A DNA stretch of 64,000 nt from an uncultured candidate division Zixibacteria bacterium (GCA_963735035.1 CAVTJJ010000004.1:32001-96000), one strand, 5' to 3'; positions 41,991 to 53,149 are shown, numbered from the stretch's first letter. The notes: generated by a model not told the origin, from the sequence alone. Numbers and translations: made by a program.

Positions 41991-43805
41991 ATGATGTTAT
42001 CTAGATTTGTCGGAACCATAGGCATTCTCGCGTTAGGCGGGGCAATCCAATTATTCACGGCATCCCCCGCGATGAGTGCATCCCCAAGCGGCATAATAAA
42101 TCCAGTGGTCACATTCAGTTCGTATTTCGGCGGCAACGGCGACGAGTACTGTTCAGGTATCCGAGTGGATGATTCAGGGTATGTCTATCTCGCAACCCAC
42201 ACAACTTCGTCCAACTTCCCGGTGAAGAATGCCGCTTATGGCTATCCGATGGGTTACTACGATGTCACGCTCACGAAGCTGTCACCGAATTGCGACAGCA
42301 TCATCTTCAGCACTTATCTCGGGGGTCGCTCATACGATAATTTTCCGGGTGTAGCCGTGGACCGTTTCGGATGTGCATACGTGGCCGGCCAGACTTATTC
42401 AAACAACTTCCCGAGGCTGAATGCTTACGACGCCACTCTGGGGGGAGCTTGCGATCTCTTCATCACCAAGTTCAATAAAGATGGCACTCTCGCATTTAGC
42501 ACGTACTTCGGTGGATCGGGCGACGAGGAGCATGGCCGGATCGCAGTTGACAGTCTTGGCTGTGTGTACATCGCCGGCAATACGAGATCGTCCAACCTGC
42601 CGGCAATCAACGCCTACGATCCGATTTACAACGGCGGTGACGACGTCTTCCTGGCAAAGTTCTCCGCCGACGGGCAGACTCTACTTTACTGCACCTACCT
42701 TGGCGGCACCGGATACGAAGAGAATCACGTTCTGGCAATCGACAAGGCCGGCTGCGCTTACGTGACCGGTCTGGTCCAGTCTACGGACTACCCCACCACA
42801 CCGGGCGTATTTGGACCGACACTCTTTGGGGGAGGGACGGACGGCTACGTGACAAAGCTATCGGCTGACGGCGGTAGTCTGGTCTATAGCACCTACATCG
42901 GTGGAAGCGCATTCGATGATGGCGTAGGGCTGATCGTCGACGACTCAGGCCACGCCTATGTTTGTTCCGGCACCAGCAGCCCCGACTTCCCTACGGTCAA
43001 TGCCTACGACGCCACTTTCGATGGGCAGGAAGGATTCATAAGCAAGCTGTCCGAAACCGGCGACGCCCTGGAGTATTCGACCTTCATCGGTGGTTCCGGT
43101 GAGTTTGACGCGGTCTCCGACATGGCTCTGGACGATGCCGGCAGGCTGATAGCTCTCTGCTTAGTCAAGTCTGCGGATTTTCCAGTAACGGCGGATGCCT
43201 TTGATCTGACACACAACGGTGATAGAGACGGGGCCCTGGTGATTTTCGACCCGACCGGACAACGGCTCGAGTACTCCACATTTTTTGGCGGAAGCGGCTT
43301 TGAGGAAGAACGCGTTATGGCCATCGGTCCCGACGGCTCGGTATTCGCAACCGGGACCACGAAGTCATTCGACTGGCCAGTGGTGAACGGGATGTACCAA
43401 ACCAACCTTGGCGGCGACGACGTTCCCCTCATTAGATTTGAAAGAGACAGCGATGGTGACGGAGCGGCCGATCGCCTTGACAACTGCCCGGCTATAGCCA
43501 ACCCCGGGCAAGAAGACTCAAACGGTGACGGTGTGGGCGATGCCTGTTGCTGTGTCGGTCGCGTGGGCGACGCGAACGGCGACGGAGCCGACGAGCCTAC
43601 TATCGGTGATGTATCGGTCATGATCGATGCGAAGTTCATTAGCGGGCTTTGTGATGGCATCCTCGGCTGCCCCACAGAAGCGGATATCAATCAATCCGGC
43701 GGCGCTAATCCAATCTGCGATGACATCACGATCGGTGACATCTCGAGACTAATTGACTATCTGTTCATAACCGGCCCATCGCTGGGTCTTCCGGACTGTC
43801 TGTAA
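41991..43805 (+). CDS. Secreted SBBP beta-propeller repeat protein with TSP3 repeat and dockerin-like C-terminus
   Basis: Repeated STYLGG...IAVD..G.AYV.G.T.S.NFP; DSDGDG...DNCP; CCVGRVGDANG...IDYLF. Confidence 0.88.
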   Translation: MMLSRFVGTIGILALGGAIQLFTASPAMSASPSGIINPVVTFSSYFGGNGDEYCSGIRVDDSGYVYLATHTTSSNFPVKNAAYGYPMGYYDVTLTKLSPNCDSIIFSTYLGGRSYDNFPGVAVDRFGCAYVAGQTYSNNFPRLNAYDATLGGACDLFITKFNKDGTLAFSTYFGGSGDEEHGRIAVDSLGCVYIAGNTRSSNLPAINAYDPIYNGGDDVFLAKFSADGQTLLYCTYLGGTGYEENHVLAIDKAGCAYVTGLVQSTDYPTTPGVFGPTLFGGGTDGYVTKLSADGGSLVYSTYIGGSAFDDGVGLIVDDSGHAYVCSGTSSPDFPTVNAYDATFDGQEGFISKLSETGDALEYSTFIGGSGEFDAVSDMALDDAGRLIALCLVKSADFPVTADAFDLTHNGDRDGALVIFDPTGQRLEYSTFFGGSGFEEERVMAIGPDGSVFATGTTKSFDWPVVNGMYQTNLGGDDVPLIRFERDSDGDGAADRLDNCPAIANPGQEDSNGDGVGDACCCVGRVGDANGDGADEPTIGDVSVMIDAKFISGLCDGILGCPTEADINQSGGANPICDDITIGDISRLIDYLFITGPSLGLPDCL

Positions 43806-43838
43806 TTCACTAAGGACCCGACTGGAGGTATTCACATC

Positions 43839-46170
43839 GTGTACTGCTATCGCGACCGCATTCAACCCACCGTCATCATGACCATGGTGATCTTTGTCTT
43901 GTCCGTCAGCTCCCTGTACGCGTCGGGCAGCCTGCTGGCCACGTATCTCGGCGGGAGCAGTAAAGAAGGCTGGCAGTATACCGGCGCCATTGATCTCGCC
44001 GCAGCTCTTGACGGCACGGTGTACGTCATTGGTGTGACGTCGTCCGGCGACTTCCCCGTGACTCCGGGTGCCTACGTCTGTCCGGGTCGGGGGATGGAGG
44101 ACTTCTTCATAGCAAGGTTCAGCCCCGATCTTTCGATTTTGTTGCAGGCAACCGTAATCGGCGGTTCGAACAACGAAACGAACCCGCAGATTGCCCTCAC
44201 GCCGGAAGGCACGGTTTACATAAGTGGCGCCACGCTGTCGACCAACTTTCCCACGACCGTGGGGGCTTATGACCGGACCGCGAGCGCGGCGGCGGACGTG
44301 TTCGTCGCCCGGTTCAACTCCGAGCTCACGACATTGCAGGCGTCCACCCTGCTCGGCGGAAACGGCCACGAGGATTCCGGGGTCCTGGCCATTGACGCTG
44401 ACGGTAATGTGCTTGTCGCCGGGCAGACCAGCGGGGGTCCATCAAATACCTTTCCCACAACCGCGGGGGCGTACGACCGTACCGCTAGTCCCAATTACTC
44501 CGACTTCTTCGTGTCCAAGCTCAACGCCAACCTGACCAACCTGCTGGCGTCGACCTTTTTGGGCGGACGGTACAGCGAGCTCTGGCCGGGTCTGGCCCTG
44601 GACGCCGATGGCAATATCTTTGTCTCGGGCGCCAGCGAATCAGATAACTACCCGTCAACGCCGGGGGCTTACTGCGAAACGTACCATGGCACGCCGCAGC
44701 CTGGAGCATATCTGTGCGACGTCGTCGTGTCGAAACTGACCTCGGACCTCACTACCCTGCTGGCGTCAACGTATGTCGGCACCGATCACTTTGAGGTCGG
44801 CTCCAATACCTGCGTGGACCCGGACGGCAACGTCTTCGTCGCGGGACATACGGACGGCCTGGACTACCCGGTTACCCCGGGAGCCTACGATGGAGTCCAC
44901 AACGGGTCGAACGAATTCGTGGTTACCACTCTGAACAACGACCTGACGAGTATAGTCGCATCCACGTACTTCACTCCGAACGAAGTGGGCTTCATGTATA
45001 GCACGAATCAGGTTTGTGACGAAGGAGGAAATCTGCTGATGGTCGGAAACGGCTGGGCCGATGTTCCCGTCACTTTGGATGCCTACGACGCCACACACAA
45101 CGGCGCCGACGAAACCGGCGACTGCTTCGTGCGGTCGATGACCGGTGACCTGACGACGATGAGCTACGGAAGTTACCTCGGAGGGACGGGAGAGGAGTTT
45201 GATGCAGCCGTGGCGGTAGGCGCTGACGGGGCCTTGTACATCGCCGGATACACCGCGTCGACAGACTTCCCGGTTTCGAGCACGGCTCTTGACGTCTCCT
45301 ACAACGGAGGCGCCGCTGACGCTTTTGTGGCCAGACTGGACAGGCGTCCGCCCTGCTGTGTCGGCCGTGTCGGCGATGCCAACGGGAGCGGCGACGACGA
45401 GCCGAGTATCGGTGATGTATCGGTCATGATCGATGCGAAGTTCATTAGCGGACTTTGTGACGGCATCCTCGGCTGCCCTACAGAAGCGGATATCAATCAA
45501 TCCGGCGGCGCTAATCCAATCTGCGATGATGTCACGATCGGTGACATCTCGAGACTAATTGACTATCTGTTCATAACTGGCCCGCCGCTTGGTCTTCCGG
45601 ACTGTCTTTCGAGCGCCAACTGGCTCGAGATTGCTCCCGGATCGGCGGTGACAATCGACGGTGTCATACAGCCGGGTGAATGGGATGACGCCGCTACCGT
45701 CGGCTTCGGCATCGACGGTGTTGTGAATGTGACGGTATCGGCCAAACACGACGGCACCAGTCTCATGCTTGCCTTCAGGTACACGTTTGTCGGTGTGCCC
45801 GGTCTGGGTATGCCGGAGGTGTTATTCGACACCGATGCCGACCGGAGTGTCGGGCTGCAGACCGATGATTGGTGGTTTCACTTATCGGGGAGCGACTGCG
45901 AAGCTCGTGGAGCCTATGATGTTTACACCGACTGCGCTGTTATCCAACCCGACTGGCAGGCGGTGCCGAATTTCCCGATGACCCCCAACCCGCCCTGCTT
46001 GGATACTTTCGAAATATCAATTCCGTTCAGCAAGATCGGTGTAGCTGTGGGTGACGAGATCGGTCTTGCCTTTCGGATTCTTGTACATGCCTTCATTGAC
46101 CGGCCATTGGCCGCAATCGGCTGTGCCTGACAGCCCGGCGACGTGGGGTCGCGCGATAATCAAGCCGTGA
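43839..46170 (+). CDS. SBBP repeat protein with dockerin-like and DOMON/CBM9-like domains (probable frameshift ~46080)
   Basis: STxLGG/FPTTxGAYD repeats; dockerin-like domain; TIDGVIQPGEWDDA...FEISIPF; shifted frame gives HWPQSAVPDSPATWGRAIIKP* ending at 46170. Confidence 0.82.
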
Positions 46171-46480
46171 GTACGGTAGGTCAGGAGCCCTTAGGCTCCT
46201 GACATTAGCTATTGCCATCCAGTGCGAGCTTTGTAGGTCGGGACCCTTGTGGTCCCGACAATAGATTTGGGTGGTTGGTGTACGTCCTCGTGCGCCAACG
46301 ATAACGTGGTGGACGAGGGCACCCGATCATATCGGGGGCAGGCTCTATCACAAACGGAATCAGATCTACCATGCTGGCAATGGGGAACGTCATGCGTCAG
46401 GTCACACTCGCTCGTCCGCCTGTGGCGGACGCGCGAGCAAGACCTGACGCAACAAACAAAGCGCTGGGGTACCAGAAAGA

Positions 46481-48286
46481 CTACTTCGTCAAACGGTCCA
46501 CCTCGGCCACCTGCTCCGCAAACAGCCTGAGGGTCGCGTCAATCGGCGCCGGCGTGGTCATGTCCACTCCGCAAATCTTCAAGAGTTCGATCGGATAATC
46601 ACTCCCGCCCGCGCGCAGCATCTTCAGATACTTCTCAACCAATCCCTTCTCACCCGCCAGGAAGCGGGTCAGGATCGCCTGCGATGCCGCAAACGACGTC
46701 GCATACTGATAGACATAGAACGAATTGTAGAAATGCGGGATGCGCGACCATTTGAGGGGCGTCAAGTCATCCATCGTGAAATCGGGGCCGTAGTACAATT
46801 GCGTCAACTCGCGCCAGCGGGCGGTCATCATGTCAGGTGACAACGCCCCGCCGTTTTCGATTTCAGTATGGATGTCCAGCTCGAAATGAGCATAAAGCAC
46901 CTGGTTGAAGAAAGTGCCAACCGCGTTATCTATCGCCCGGCTTAGCAAATAGAGCCGCTGTTTGGCATCGGTGGTCTTCTTCAGCAAATATTCCAGCAGG
47001 AGACCCTCGTTCAGTGTCGACGCCACTTCCGCCACGAATATCGAATAGTGCGATTTCGAATACGGTTGCGCCGCACAGGTTAAGTGGCTGTGCATGGCAT
47101 GCCCCAGTTCGTGGGCGAGCGTGAAGAAATTATCCAGGGTGTCATTGTAGTTCATTAGCACGAACGGGTGGACTGTGTAGCTGTGCGAGCTGTAGGCTCC
47201 ACTCCCTTTCCCCTGAGTCTCCCAAACATCCACCCAGCGATGATCGAAAGCATGCCGGAGCTGACGTCCGTATTCATCGCCTAGTGGTGCCGCCGATTCG
47301 ATTACCTGGCGGATGGCGTCGTCGTAGGGCACCTCATAGTCCTGTTCGGGGAACAGAGGACAGAACATGTCGTAACTGTGAATCTGGTTGAGCTTCAATA
47401 ATCGCTTGCGATGTCTGATGTACTCATGCAGGCCGCCGAGATTCTTCTCCGTTGTTTCAAGCAGCGAGCGATAGACTTCGGTGGGAATGTTATTGCCGTC
47501 CAGAGCTCCTTCCAGACAACTGTCGTACTTGCGCGTCTTGGCGTAGAACAGATCGGCGCTTGCCGAAGAAGACAACGATGCCCCGAGCGTGTTGGTGTGG
47601 TCGCGGTACGGTGAATAGAACGCCTCGTGGGTGTCTTTTCGTACGCGTGGGTCCGACGATTCCAGCAGCTTGATCGCACGTTGCTTGGTCAATTGAATTT
47701 CTGTGCCCTGGGCGTCTTTGACGGACGGATACTTGATATCGGCGTCGTCGAGCATCGAGAAGATTGAATCCGGACCACGGGAGACGAGCGAGGACAGCGC
47801 CAGCACTTCCTCGACTTCTTCGGAACGGATATGTTTCTTGGAGCGGATCAACTCCTTGACGTAGAAATCGTATTCATCGGTCCGGGGGAATTGAGTCGCC
47901 ATTGTTTGCAGTTTGGCCTCGTCGATCAGCAGCAATTCCGGCTCCACGAACGAATACGCCGCGCCGGCGTCCGACGAGAGCGACGCGGCCCGGTCAGTGA
48001 GCGCCTGATATTGCGAGACCCGGTTGTCGAGATCTTTGTTGAGGAACGCGTATTGATACAACTGGGAGAGAATCTTCTGGAGTTCGCTCCGGGTATTCAG
48101 ACAGGCGTACATCGTCTGTGGCGACTCGGCGAGTTTGCCCGCGAACTGACGGGCTTGTGCGATCAGACCCTTGACTTTTTGATAGTCGGCCTCCCAGGCG
48201 GCATCATCGGCGTAGAGATCGGCCAGATTCCATTTGTGTTTGTCGGCGATTTCGGCTCGTTGGGGGATATTCTTGAATTCGGGCAT
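46481..48286 (-). CDS. pepF: Oligoendopeptidase F (M3B)
   Basis: GKGSGAYS, TLAHELGHAMH, AEVAST, WSRIPHFY. Confidence 0.95.
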   Translation of the reverse strand: MPEFKNIPQRAEIADKHKWNLADLYADDAAWEADYQKVKGLIAQARQFAGKLAESPQTMYACLNTRSELQKILSQLYQYAFLNKDLDNRVSQYQALTDRAASLSSDAGAAYSFVEPELLLIDEAKLQTMATQFPRTDEYDFYVKELIRSKKHIRSEEVEEVLALSSLVSRGPDSIFSMLDDADIKYPSVKDAQGTEIQLTKQRAIKLLESSDPRVRKDTHEAFYSPYRDHTNTLGASLSSSASADLFYAKTRKYDSCLEGALDGNNIPTEVYRSLLETTEKNLGGLHEYIRHRKRLLKLNQIHSYDMFCPLFPEQDYEVPYDDAIRQVIESAAPLGDEYGRQLRHAFDHRWVDVWETQGKGSGAYSSHSYTVHPFVLMNYNDTLDNFFTLAHELGHAMHSHLTCAAQPYSKSHYSIFVAEVASTLNEGLLLEYLLKKTTDAKQRLYLLSRAIDNAVGTFFNQVLYAHFELDIHTEIENGGALSPDMMTARWRELTQLYYGPDFTMDDLTPLKWSRIPHFYNSFYVYQYATSFAASQAILTRFLAGEKGLVEKYLKMLRAGGSDYPIELLKICGVDMTTPAPIDATLRLFAEQVAEVDRLTK

Positions 48287-48613
48287 AAAGCTCCTCTCGG
48301 GTGTCTAGTCTCTCCGGCAGGCAATATGATAAAGGGAAAGTTCAAATTCCAGAAAGATGTTTTGGCAACTTATCGGAGGTAACCTATTTGCTGAGTGACC
48401 CCGGAGCCTGTCATCGCGAGGCCCGACCGGTCGGGTCCGTGGCGAACTCGTGGGTGGCAGACCTCCTGGTCTGCCCCTTGACGCGGGGCACACGAGGACG
48501 TGTGCCGCCCACGGCAATCCGAGATTGCCGCTCTACGATGTGCCGCCTGGCGGCGGCCATCTCCGCTCGCAATGACGCGGACACAGGCTATTCTTCACGG
48601 TGTCCCGACCGTC

Positions 48614-50365
48614 CTAGGTTTCCTTCCCCTTCCACAATTTCGGGAAATAGTAGCTCAGCAACAGAAACACGGCGCCAAAGCCCATGAACAACAGGACGCG
48701 CCAGATTGTCTCGAGATTGGCCAGATCGACCAGGAATAGCTTGCCCACAACCAGCATCAGCGTGCCGAGTCCGGTCCATCGCAGTGAAGCTAGATTCTTG
48801 CGCAGCGAAACTATCAGCAGGACCGCTCCATAGATACCCCAGGCGATACTCAAGTACCCCTGACCGTTTGCCAGACCGTGAAGCTCGCGCGCCAACCAGG
48901 CGAGAAAGAAAACATGCGTTACCAGACCGTAGGCGAGCCGCGCGTTGGTCGGTCTGGCTTGAATCGCGACAATCGCACCGGCCAGGATGACAGCCAGGTC
49001 GGTCAGGGCGAGGTGATTGAACACCACCGGCCGCAAATGCTCATATTCCAACAGGTGCACCAGCATCCAGATGCCGACCACTAATGCAAGTAAGTTTGCG
49101 CCGCCGAAAACGTAGTAATCTTCAAGACGTCGCGCCAGCAGGTGCAGAGCGAGTGCTTCCATCGCCAGGGCCAAGAACAGAGTATCCCCGTCAAGCAGCA
49201 AGCACAGTGCGATAGTCAGCAGAATTGCCCCGGTTGCAGCAGGAGTATAGGCCAACGGTTTGAAATCATCCCGACTTTGAAGCAGCCAAAACGCAAACCC
49301 GTACAGTAATGCTGCCGCCAACGCTATCCAGCCGAACACATTGTGGGGTGTCAGCGGCCAGGTGGCGGTCGAGGCTCCCAACGCCGCCAACGGTGAGGCC
49401 ACCAAGAGCACGTGCAGATGACTATCAGGATTTCGGCCCGACACAATAGCAGGGGTTTGACCGTTCCGCTTCATGATCTTTCGCACGGTCGGAAGGATTC
49501 CGAAACAAAGCCAGATGAACAGAATTCCACCCTGTATTGCCTTCTGCGCGAAAAAGTGTGCGTCGCCGATCAGGTACCAGGCGTAATCTATCGCGATAGA
49601 CATCACGATCCAACCGCCGACCGCCGACAGCCACAAATGAAAGCGCCACCCCTTGACGAAATAGACCGCGACCGTCCCGGCCAGAATCAAGCAAGTGTAC
49701 ATAACCAATCCGGGGACGCTCCCTGACCCGGAGTAGAGCAAGAATGGCGTACCGAGCCCACCGATCGTCCCGATCAGCGAGAAGAGCGCATCGTCCTGTC
49801 GGAGCGAGATGAAAAAGGCCAGACACGTTATGATCACCATGAGGGCAAATGCGGTCGGATGCGAAATCAGATCGAACAATTGAAACGCCGAGAAGTCGGT
49901 AATGTAGAAAGTCGCGACGCTGCCCCCGAGCAATAACCTTGAGAGATGCAGTCTTTGAGCATATAGGCGCCAGCCAAAGACAAACAATATGATCCCGGTG
50001 CCGATTCCGAAGAAATGCCGTACCGGCGGGGTGATCCAACCCTGATCAATCGAATACTTGAAGGCGAACACTAGTCCGAACAGTAGGAGCCCGATCCCGA
50101 CTCGGCTGAGCCAGAACTCGCTCTTTCGCATGTAGTCAGGAAGTTCGAACCCTGGTCGAGCCGACACCGGAATCGGTCGCACACCTGAGACTGGTGGCTG
50201 TGTCGGGGGTGGTGGTGCCGGGATAGGGGTCTGTCTCGCGGGCTGACCTTGAGGTGCAGAGGTCTGGTCAGGCACGCTGCCCTTGAGCAACTGCTTGATT
50301 TCGGCCAGCTCGCGTTCCAGCCGAGCGACACGATTTTCGAGCGATTCCCTGTCCGGGGTATCCAT
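48614..50365 (-). CDS. DUF2339-like membrane protein
   Basis: N-terminal coiled coil/Pro linker, WLSRVGIGLL, KYSIDQGWI, C-terminal KLFLVDL...RVLLFMGFG. Confidence 0.82.
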   Translation of the reverse strand: MDTPDRESLENRVARLERELAEIKQLLKGSVPDQTSAPQGQPARQTPIPAPPPPTQPPVSGVRPIPVSARPGFELPDYMRKSEFWLSRVGIGLLLFGLVFAFKYSIDQGWITPPVRHFFGIGTGIILFVFGWRLYAQRLHLSRLLLGGSVATFYITDFSAFQLFDLISHPTAFALMVIITCLAFFISLRQDDALFSLIGTIGGLGTPFLLYSGSGSVPGLVMYTCLILAGTVAVYFVKGWRFHLWLSAVGGWIVMSIAIDYAWYLIGDAHFFAQKAIQGGILFIWLCFGILPTVRKIMKRNGQTPAIVSGRNPDSHLHVLLVASPLAALGASTATWPLTPHNVFGWIALAAALLYGFAFWLLQSRDDFKPLAYTPAATGAILLTIALCLLLDGDTLFLALAMEALALHLLARRLEDYYVFGGANLLALVVGIWMLVHLLEYEHLRPVVFNHLALTDLAVILAGAIVAIQARPTNARLAYGLVTHVFFLAWLARELHGLANGQGYLSIAWGIYGAVLLIVSLRKNLASLRWTGLGTLMLVVGKLFLVDLANLETIWRVLLFMGFGAVFLLLSYYFPKLWKGKET

Positions 50366-50406
50366 GTGACACCGCCTCTCGCAAGTTCTGGTGCCCCACC
50401 GCTTGC

Positions 50407-50587
50407 GGCCTGTTGAAAAAGACTGTCTAATCGTCATTGCGAGCGGAGATGGCCCGCCGCTAGGCGGGACAGCGTAGCGCGGCAATCTCAGGCTCGTTGT
50501 GGCAGCGGCATTTGAGATCGCCACGTCTCGCCCGCGAAGCGCGGCCGAGACTCGCGATGACGGGGAAGGGACTTTTTCAACAGGCCC
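50407..50587. mobile_element. MITE-like element with 15-bp terminal inverted repeats and CTTG(C) target duplication
   Basis: GGCCTGTTGAAAAAG (50407-50421) and CTTTTTCAACAGGCC (50572-50586); CTTGC at 50402-50406 and 50588-50592. Confidence 0.8.
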
Positions 50588-50815
50588 CTTGCGGTGGGAT
50601 TAGATTATGACCCGTCGACCACGTTCATACATACTTCTAAGTCGGGTTGGTCATCTGGCGCTTCGCGCCTGATTCCTGAACCCGACCTACCTTGCTACCT
50701 TAGCAGGAAATTTGCGGAACGCCGCCTTCCGGTACAAGCTAAAATAGGCGCACCCGCCCTGGCCAGTCTTCGGGATTGCCTGCCCACATTCGGGATCGAC
50801 TACTTCGTGGGGCCG

Positions 50816-51661
50816 CTACATCTTCTCCACACACCCCGCTATCAGGGCGCGCAATTTCGGCTCAGCCTCGGCGGCTATCTTCAGCACCGACTCAATCGAA
50901 CAGGGATGCATATTGTCGGCCAGACCCATGTCCGTGATAATCGAAAACGCCAGAACCTTCGTCCCCTGATGGTGCGCGGCCATTACTTCCGGGACGGTCG
51001 ACATCCCCACTGCGTCTCCGCCGAGCGTGCGAAACATCCGATACTCCGCCGCCGTCTCGAGATTCGGGCCGCTTACCGCAATGTAAACGCCTTCCTGCAA
51101 CCGCAACTTCTGTTCCAGCGCTACCTGACGCGCGATGTCGAGGTACTTCCGATGATACACTTCGTAGCAGTCCGGGAACCGCAGCCCCCAGGAATCGTCA
51201 TTGTCGCCGATCAGTGGATTACCGGGGAGGAAATTGACATGGTCGGTCATGAGCATGATATCCCCCTCGTGATATTTCGGATTGAGGCCGCCCGCAGCGT
51301 TGGAAGCTATCAGCGAATGGATGCCGAGCTTCTTCATGACTCGGATCGGGAACGCGATCTGACGGAACGAATATCCTTCGTAGTAATGAAACCGCCCCTG
51401 CATGCAGACGACCGGCTTGCCCTTGAGCGTCCCGAACAACAGGCGGCCGTGGTGTGATTCGACAGTAGATGTCGGGAAGTGCGGGATGTCTTCGTATTCG
51501 ACAGCCCCGGCCATCTGGATGCCGTCGACCAACGAGCCGAGTCCGGTGCCGAGAATGATTCCGATTTGGGGTTCGAATTTGATCTGGGCGGTGATATATG
51601 CCACCGCATCGTCGATCTTGGAGTGAATCTCCGGCCAAGTCTGCATTCCATCGTCGTTCAT
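50816..51661 (-). CDS. punA: Purine nucleoside phosphorylase (trimeric type)
   Basis: ILGTGLG, QGRFHYYEG, NAAGG, GPNLETAAE, VGMSTVPE. Confidence 0.93.
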   Translation of the reverse strand: MNDDGMQTWPEIHSKIDDAVAYITAQIKFEPQIGIILGTGLGSLVDGIQMAGAVEYEDIPHFPTSTVESHHGRLLFGTLKGKPVVCMQGRFHYYEGYSFRQIAFPIRVMKKLGIHSLIASNAAGGLNPKYHEGDIMLMTDHVNFLPGNPLIGDNDDSWGLRFPDCYEVYHRKYLDIARQVALEQKLRLQEGVYIAVSGPNLETAAEYRMFRTLGGDAVGMSTVPEVMAAHHQGTKVLAFSIITDMGLADNMHPCSIESVLKIAAEAEPKLRALIAGCVEKM

Positions 51662-52064
51662 AGTCACCTATTCGCTACTCGTTCTCACCCGGCAGATGTG
51701 GACATCTGCCGGGCACATGGGGAAGTCGGCAGATGTGGACCCGCCGAGGCGGGCCGGGCACGCTACGTCTGTTACGTCAGAGCCTGATCCCGATCCGCTT
51801 GTTACAACGGGTCGAGCCACAATTCGCACGTTGCGTCAGAGCCTGCCCCCGACTTGATCGGGGGTCTTGCCGAGTTCGTCCGCCACGCGGACGAATGAGG
51901 TGTGACCTGACGCTCACCATCGTTACGTGTCAGTTCTCACCCCCACTCACTTGAGGTGAGCGGGGGAAGGAACTGACACAACAATCCAGCCGAGCATTAC
52001 GCCTATGCTCGTGGACTGTTCGTACGTATGGCAGAATATATGAGGTCGAAATTGTACGGACAGG

Positions 52065-52113
52065 CAAAAAAAGAAAGAAAAACCGGGCCGGCTTTTGAAT
52101 AGGCCGGTCCGGT
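52065..52113 (-). terminator. Rho-independent terminator after the divIVA-like gene
   Basis: ACCGGGCCGGC/GGCCGGTCCGGT stem with an A-run on the + strand (U-tail on minus). Confidence 0.75.
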
Positions 52114-52138
52114 CTGGAGTGCGAGTGGCGGATATCAG

Positions 52139-53149
52139 CTAACTCTTGGAAGCTTTATTGATTTCTTCTTCGAACCGGGCCGCAACTTCATCCAGTTCCT
52201 TGGCCAGCTTGTCCGGCGAGAGGGGTGTCTTGGAACTGTCTGACATACCGAACCCTTTAGCTTGGCGGTGTAACGCAGCGAATTTATCGGTGGCGTGCTT
52301 GTGGTTGACATCGCCGTTCTTTGCGATAAATCCCGGCGGGATTTCGTCGGCGAGAGAGTTGGTTTCAACGACCTCATTAGCACCCGAAGTGCCGTTCATG
52401 TTTGTTGCGGATTTGTCGAACACCTTGCGGGCAGCCGCCCGCTTGTAGCTTTCCAGCGCTGCGGCCAGTTCCGGGTCGATTGAATCGCCGCTGGTCTGGT
52501 CCTGACCCTGATCCTGTATGACATCTTTCAGTTTCGCCGCCAAATGATCGTCCACCCGCCCGGTGTCGCCGTTTTCGACTTCGTTGTCGACATCTTCGAA
52601 AGCGTCTTCGGTCGACTGATAGGCTGACTCTTCCTGTTCGGAATCAACATCGGTCGAATGGGTGACGTCGAGGTCTTCATCGTGCTCGTTCGAAACGACC
52701 GCGCCGGAATCGACGTCGTCGATCAGATCGAGATGTGACTGAATCAGGCTGCGGATCTTAGTCAGATACGATTTCTTGGTCAGACCCATCCGGGTTATCT
52801 TGGCTTCGATCTCGGAGATCTCTCTCGTGCGGTTGACCACGATCGACTCGGCTTCCTGTCTCGCCTTGGCCAGAAACACTTCCGCTTCCTGCTTGGCGTT
52901 GGTCATGGTCAGGTCGGCGTTGCGGCGGGCGTCGATGGCGGCGTTCTTGATCGTATCCTCGAACTGCTTCAGGCTGGTCACCTGAGAGCGCAGCGATTCG
53001 TTTTCAATCGTCAGCTTGAGGTTGGCCTGCTTGACTTCGTCCAGCGCGGCCGCTACCTGATTAATGAAGCTGTCTACTTCGGCCTTGTCGTATCCGCGCA
53101 TCTGGTTGCGGAACTCGTAGCTGCGGACATCGTTGGGTGAAAGATCCAT
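52139..53149 (-). CDS. DivIVA domain protein with long acidic C-terminal extension
   Basis: LSPNDVRSYEF...RGYDKAEVDSF, coiled coil. Confidence 0.9.
   Translation of the reverse strand: MDLSPNDVRSYEFRNQMRGYDKAEVDSFINQVAAALDEVKQANLKLTIENESLRSQVTSLKQFEDTIKNAAIDARRNADLTMTNAKQEAEVFLAKARQEAESIVVNRTREISEIEAKITRMGLTKKSYLTKIRSLIQSHLDLIDDVDSGAVVSNEHDEDLDVTHSTDVDSEQEESAYQSTEDAFEDVDNEVENGDTGRVDDHLAAKLKDVIQDQGQDQTSGDSIDPELAAALESYKRAAARKVFDKSATNMNGTSGANEVVETNSLADEIPPGFIAKNGDVNHKHATDKFAALHRQAKGFGMSDSSKTPLSPDKLAKELDEVAARFEEEINKASKS

Noticed and set aside
43601..45607. DGR template/variable repeat pair
   Set aside because: Mismatches are not adenine-specific and no reverse transcriptase is in the window
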